Below are positions 63,117 to 64,000 of a stretch of DNA of 64,000 nucleotides, piece after piece (within the stretch, counting starts at the first letter, position 1; every line of letters begins with the position of its first letter). The DNA is from Anaeromyxobacter sp. (GTDB taxonomy: Bacteria > Myxococcota > Myxococcia > Myxococcales > Anaeromyxobacteraceae). The position numbers and the translations under genes are program-made. Below the pieces are notes generated by a model. The model worked only from the letters and a program-made list of their open reading frames with translations. It was not told the DNA's origin and did not search any database. The stretch lies in the NCBI GenBank assembly GCA_049840735.1, contig JASGJN010000007.1:210680-274679 (forward strand), given 5' to 3'.

Positions 63117-63307
63117 GCGTCTCCTTCGCGCCAGGAACATGGCGAGCAGCGCATGGCCAGCCGGCGCGGCGACCAGCGCCGGCTCCTCGTTCTGGACCAC
63201 GCTGCGCATCCCGCTCCGATCGCGCCGGATTTGCGCGTGGACTGGGAGGGCACCTCGGGGGCTCGCGCAGTCGGCGGCGCCCACCCCCAGGGGCGGGTCT
63301 GGATCGG

Positions 63308-63936
63308 ATGAGTGAGCCCGCAGCGCGCGCTCCGCCGGACTTTCCTTGCCGGTGTGCGTGCCGGGCTGCGAGGCTGCGGTCGTACAGCGCGCGAGGCGGC
63401 GACCCCACGCCCGACCGGTCCACAGGCTTCCCGGGCTCGACACGGCCGGTTCCTGGGCCTCCTGCTCATGTATGACGGCCACGTCGTGGAGCGGGTGATG
63501 TACCTGCAGAACGTGGCTGCTGCCGCGCAGTACAAGCTCATCTACTCCTTCCACATGCCGCTCTTCTTCGTGCTGGCGGGCGCCGCGGCGAAGGCCGGCA
63601 CGTAGCCTGCCGGCCTTCCTGCGCTTGCGTCTGGCCTCGCGGGTGGTGCCGCTGCTCTTCTTGACCTGCTGCTGGCCGCCCAGGCCTGGCCGCATCCCAC
63701 TTCCGCCATTGCTGGCGACCGCGGCGGACTACGGGCGTGCGGCCCTCGCCTCGGTCACGGTGCTCACGCTCTTCTACGTGCTGACCTGGTTCCTGATGTG
63801 CCTGGTCCTCGGTCGAGCTCCTGCACTTCGCCAGCTCGCGGTTCCTCCGCTGGTCCGCCGCATCGCGGCGGCGGCGTGCTTATCGCTTACGTCGGCGGGT
63901 ACCTCGAACGCGAAATACGACCTGTTCGGCGCGGGC
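63308..63936 (+). CDS. Acyltransferase_3 family membrane protein (partial, degraded)
   Basis: GH..E...IYSFHMPLFF.LAG and WFL.CL motifs. Confidence 0.7.
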
Positions 63937-64000
63937 AGGTGCTGTTCGGATTGATTGTGTTTCCCTATTAACCTTAGCAATACGTACTCGTTGAACGACA
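63937..64000. other. Oxford Nanopore native barcode (barcode04-like) plus ligation adapter; not genomic
   Basis: AGGTGCTG + TTCGGATTGATTGTGTTTCCCTA + TTAACCTTAGCAATACGT resembles flank + BC04 (recalled as TTCGGATTCTATCGTGTTTCCCTA) + flank/adapter. GC content drops abruptly. Confidence 0.88.

Noticed and set aside
54582..63936. Pseudogene cluster or programmed frameshifting
   Set aside because: Better explained by long-read errors near an adapter-bearing end; conserved purE and purK are affected too.

Overview
High-GC bacterial DNA, most consistent with an Anaeromyxobacter-like Myxococcota genome (inferred from gene content: GYF_2 protein, Cys-rich/RCC1 lipoproteins, hybrid kinases). Most of the window is housekeeping and accessory genes: hppA, OsmC, ZIP transporter, SPT-like synthase, M3 peptidase, WS/DGAT, purL, pgaBCD, U32 protein, potFGHI and purEK. 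The standout is 36.5-44.4 kb, an apparent RiPP-type cluster. It encodes a lasso-type B2 leader peptidase, a PqqD/RRE domain, an NTP_transf_5 nucleotidyltransferase, an HPr-kinase-like enzyme, a radical SAM/SPASM enzyme and a 60-aa precursor with a lasso-type leader and a Thr/Gly-rich core. There is no lasso cyclase, the core lacks the acidic residue needed for a lasso ring, and two Cys-rich surface lipoproteins flank the precursor. A REP-associated tyrosine transposase with palindromic flanks lies just upstream. The last ~64 nt match an Oxford Nanopore native barcode and adapter, and single-base frameshifts increase towards that end, so most broken genes are probably sequencing errors rather than pseudogenes. 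All family calls come from reading motifs; no searches were run.
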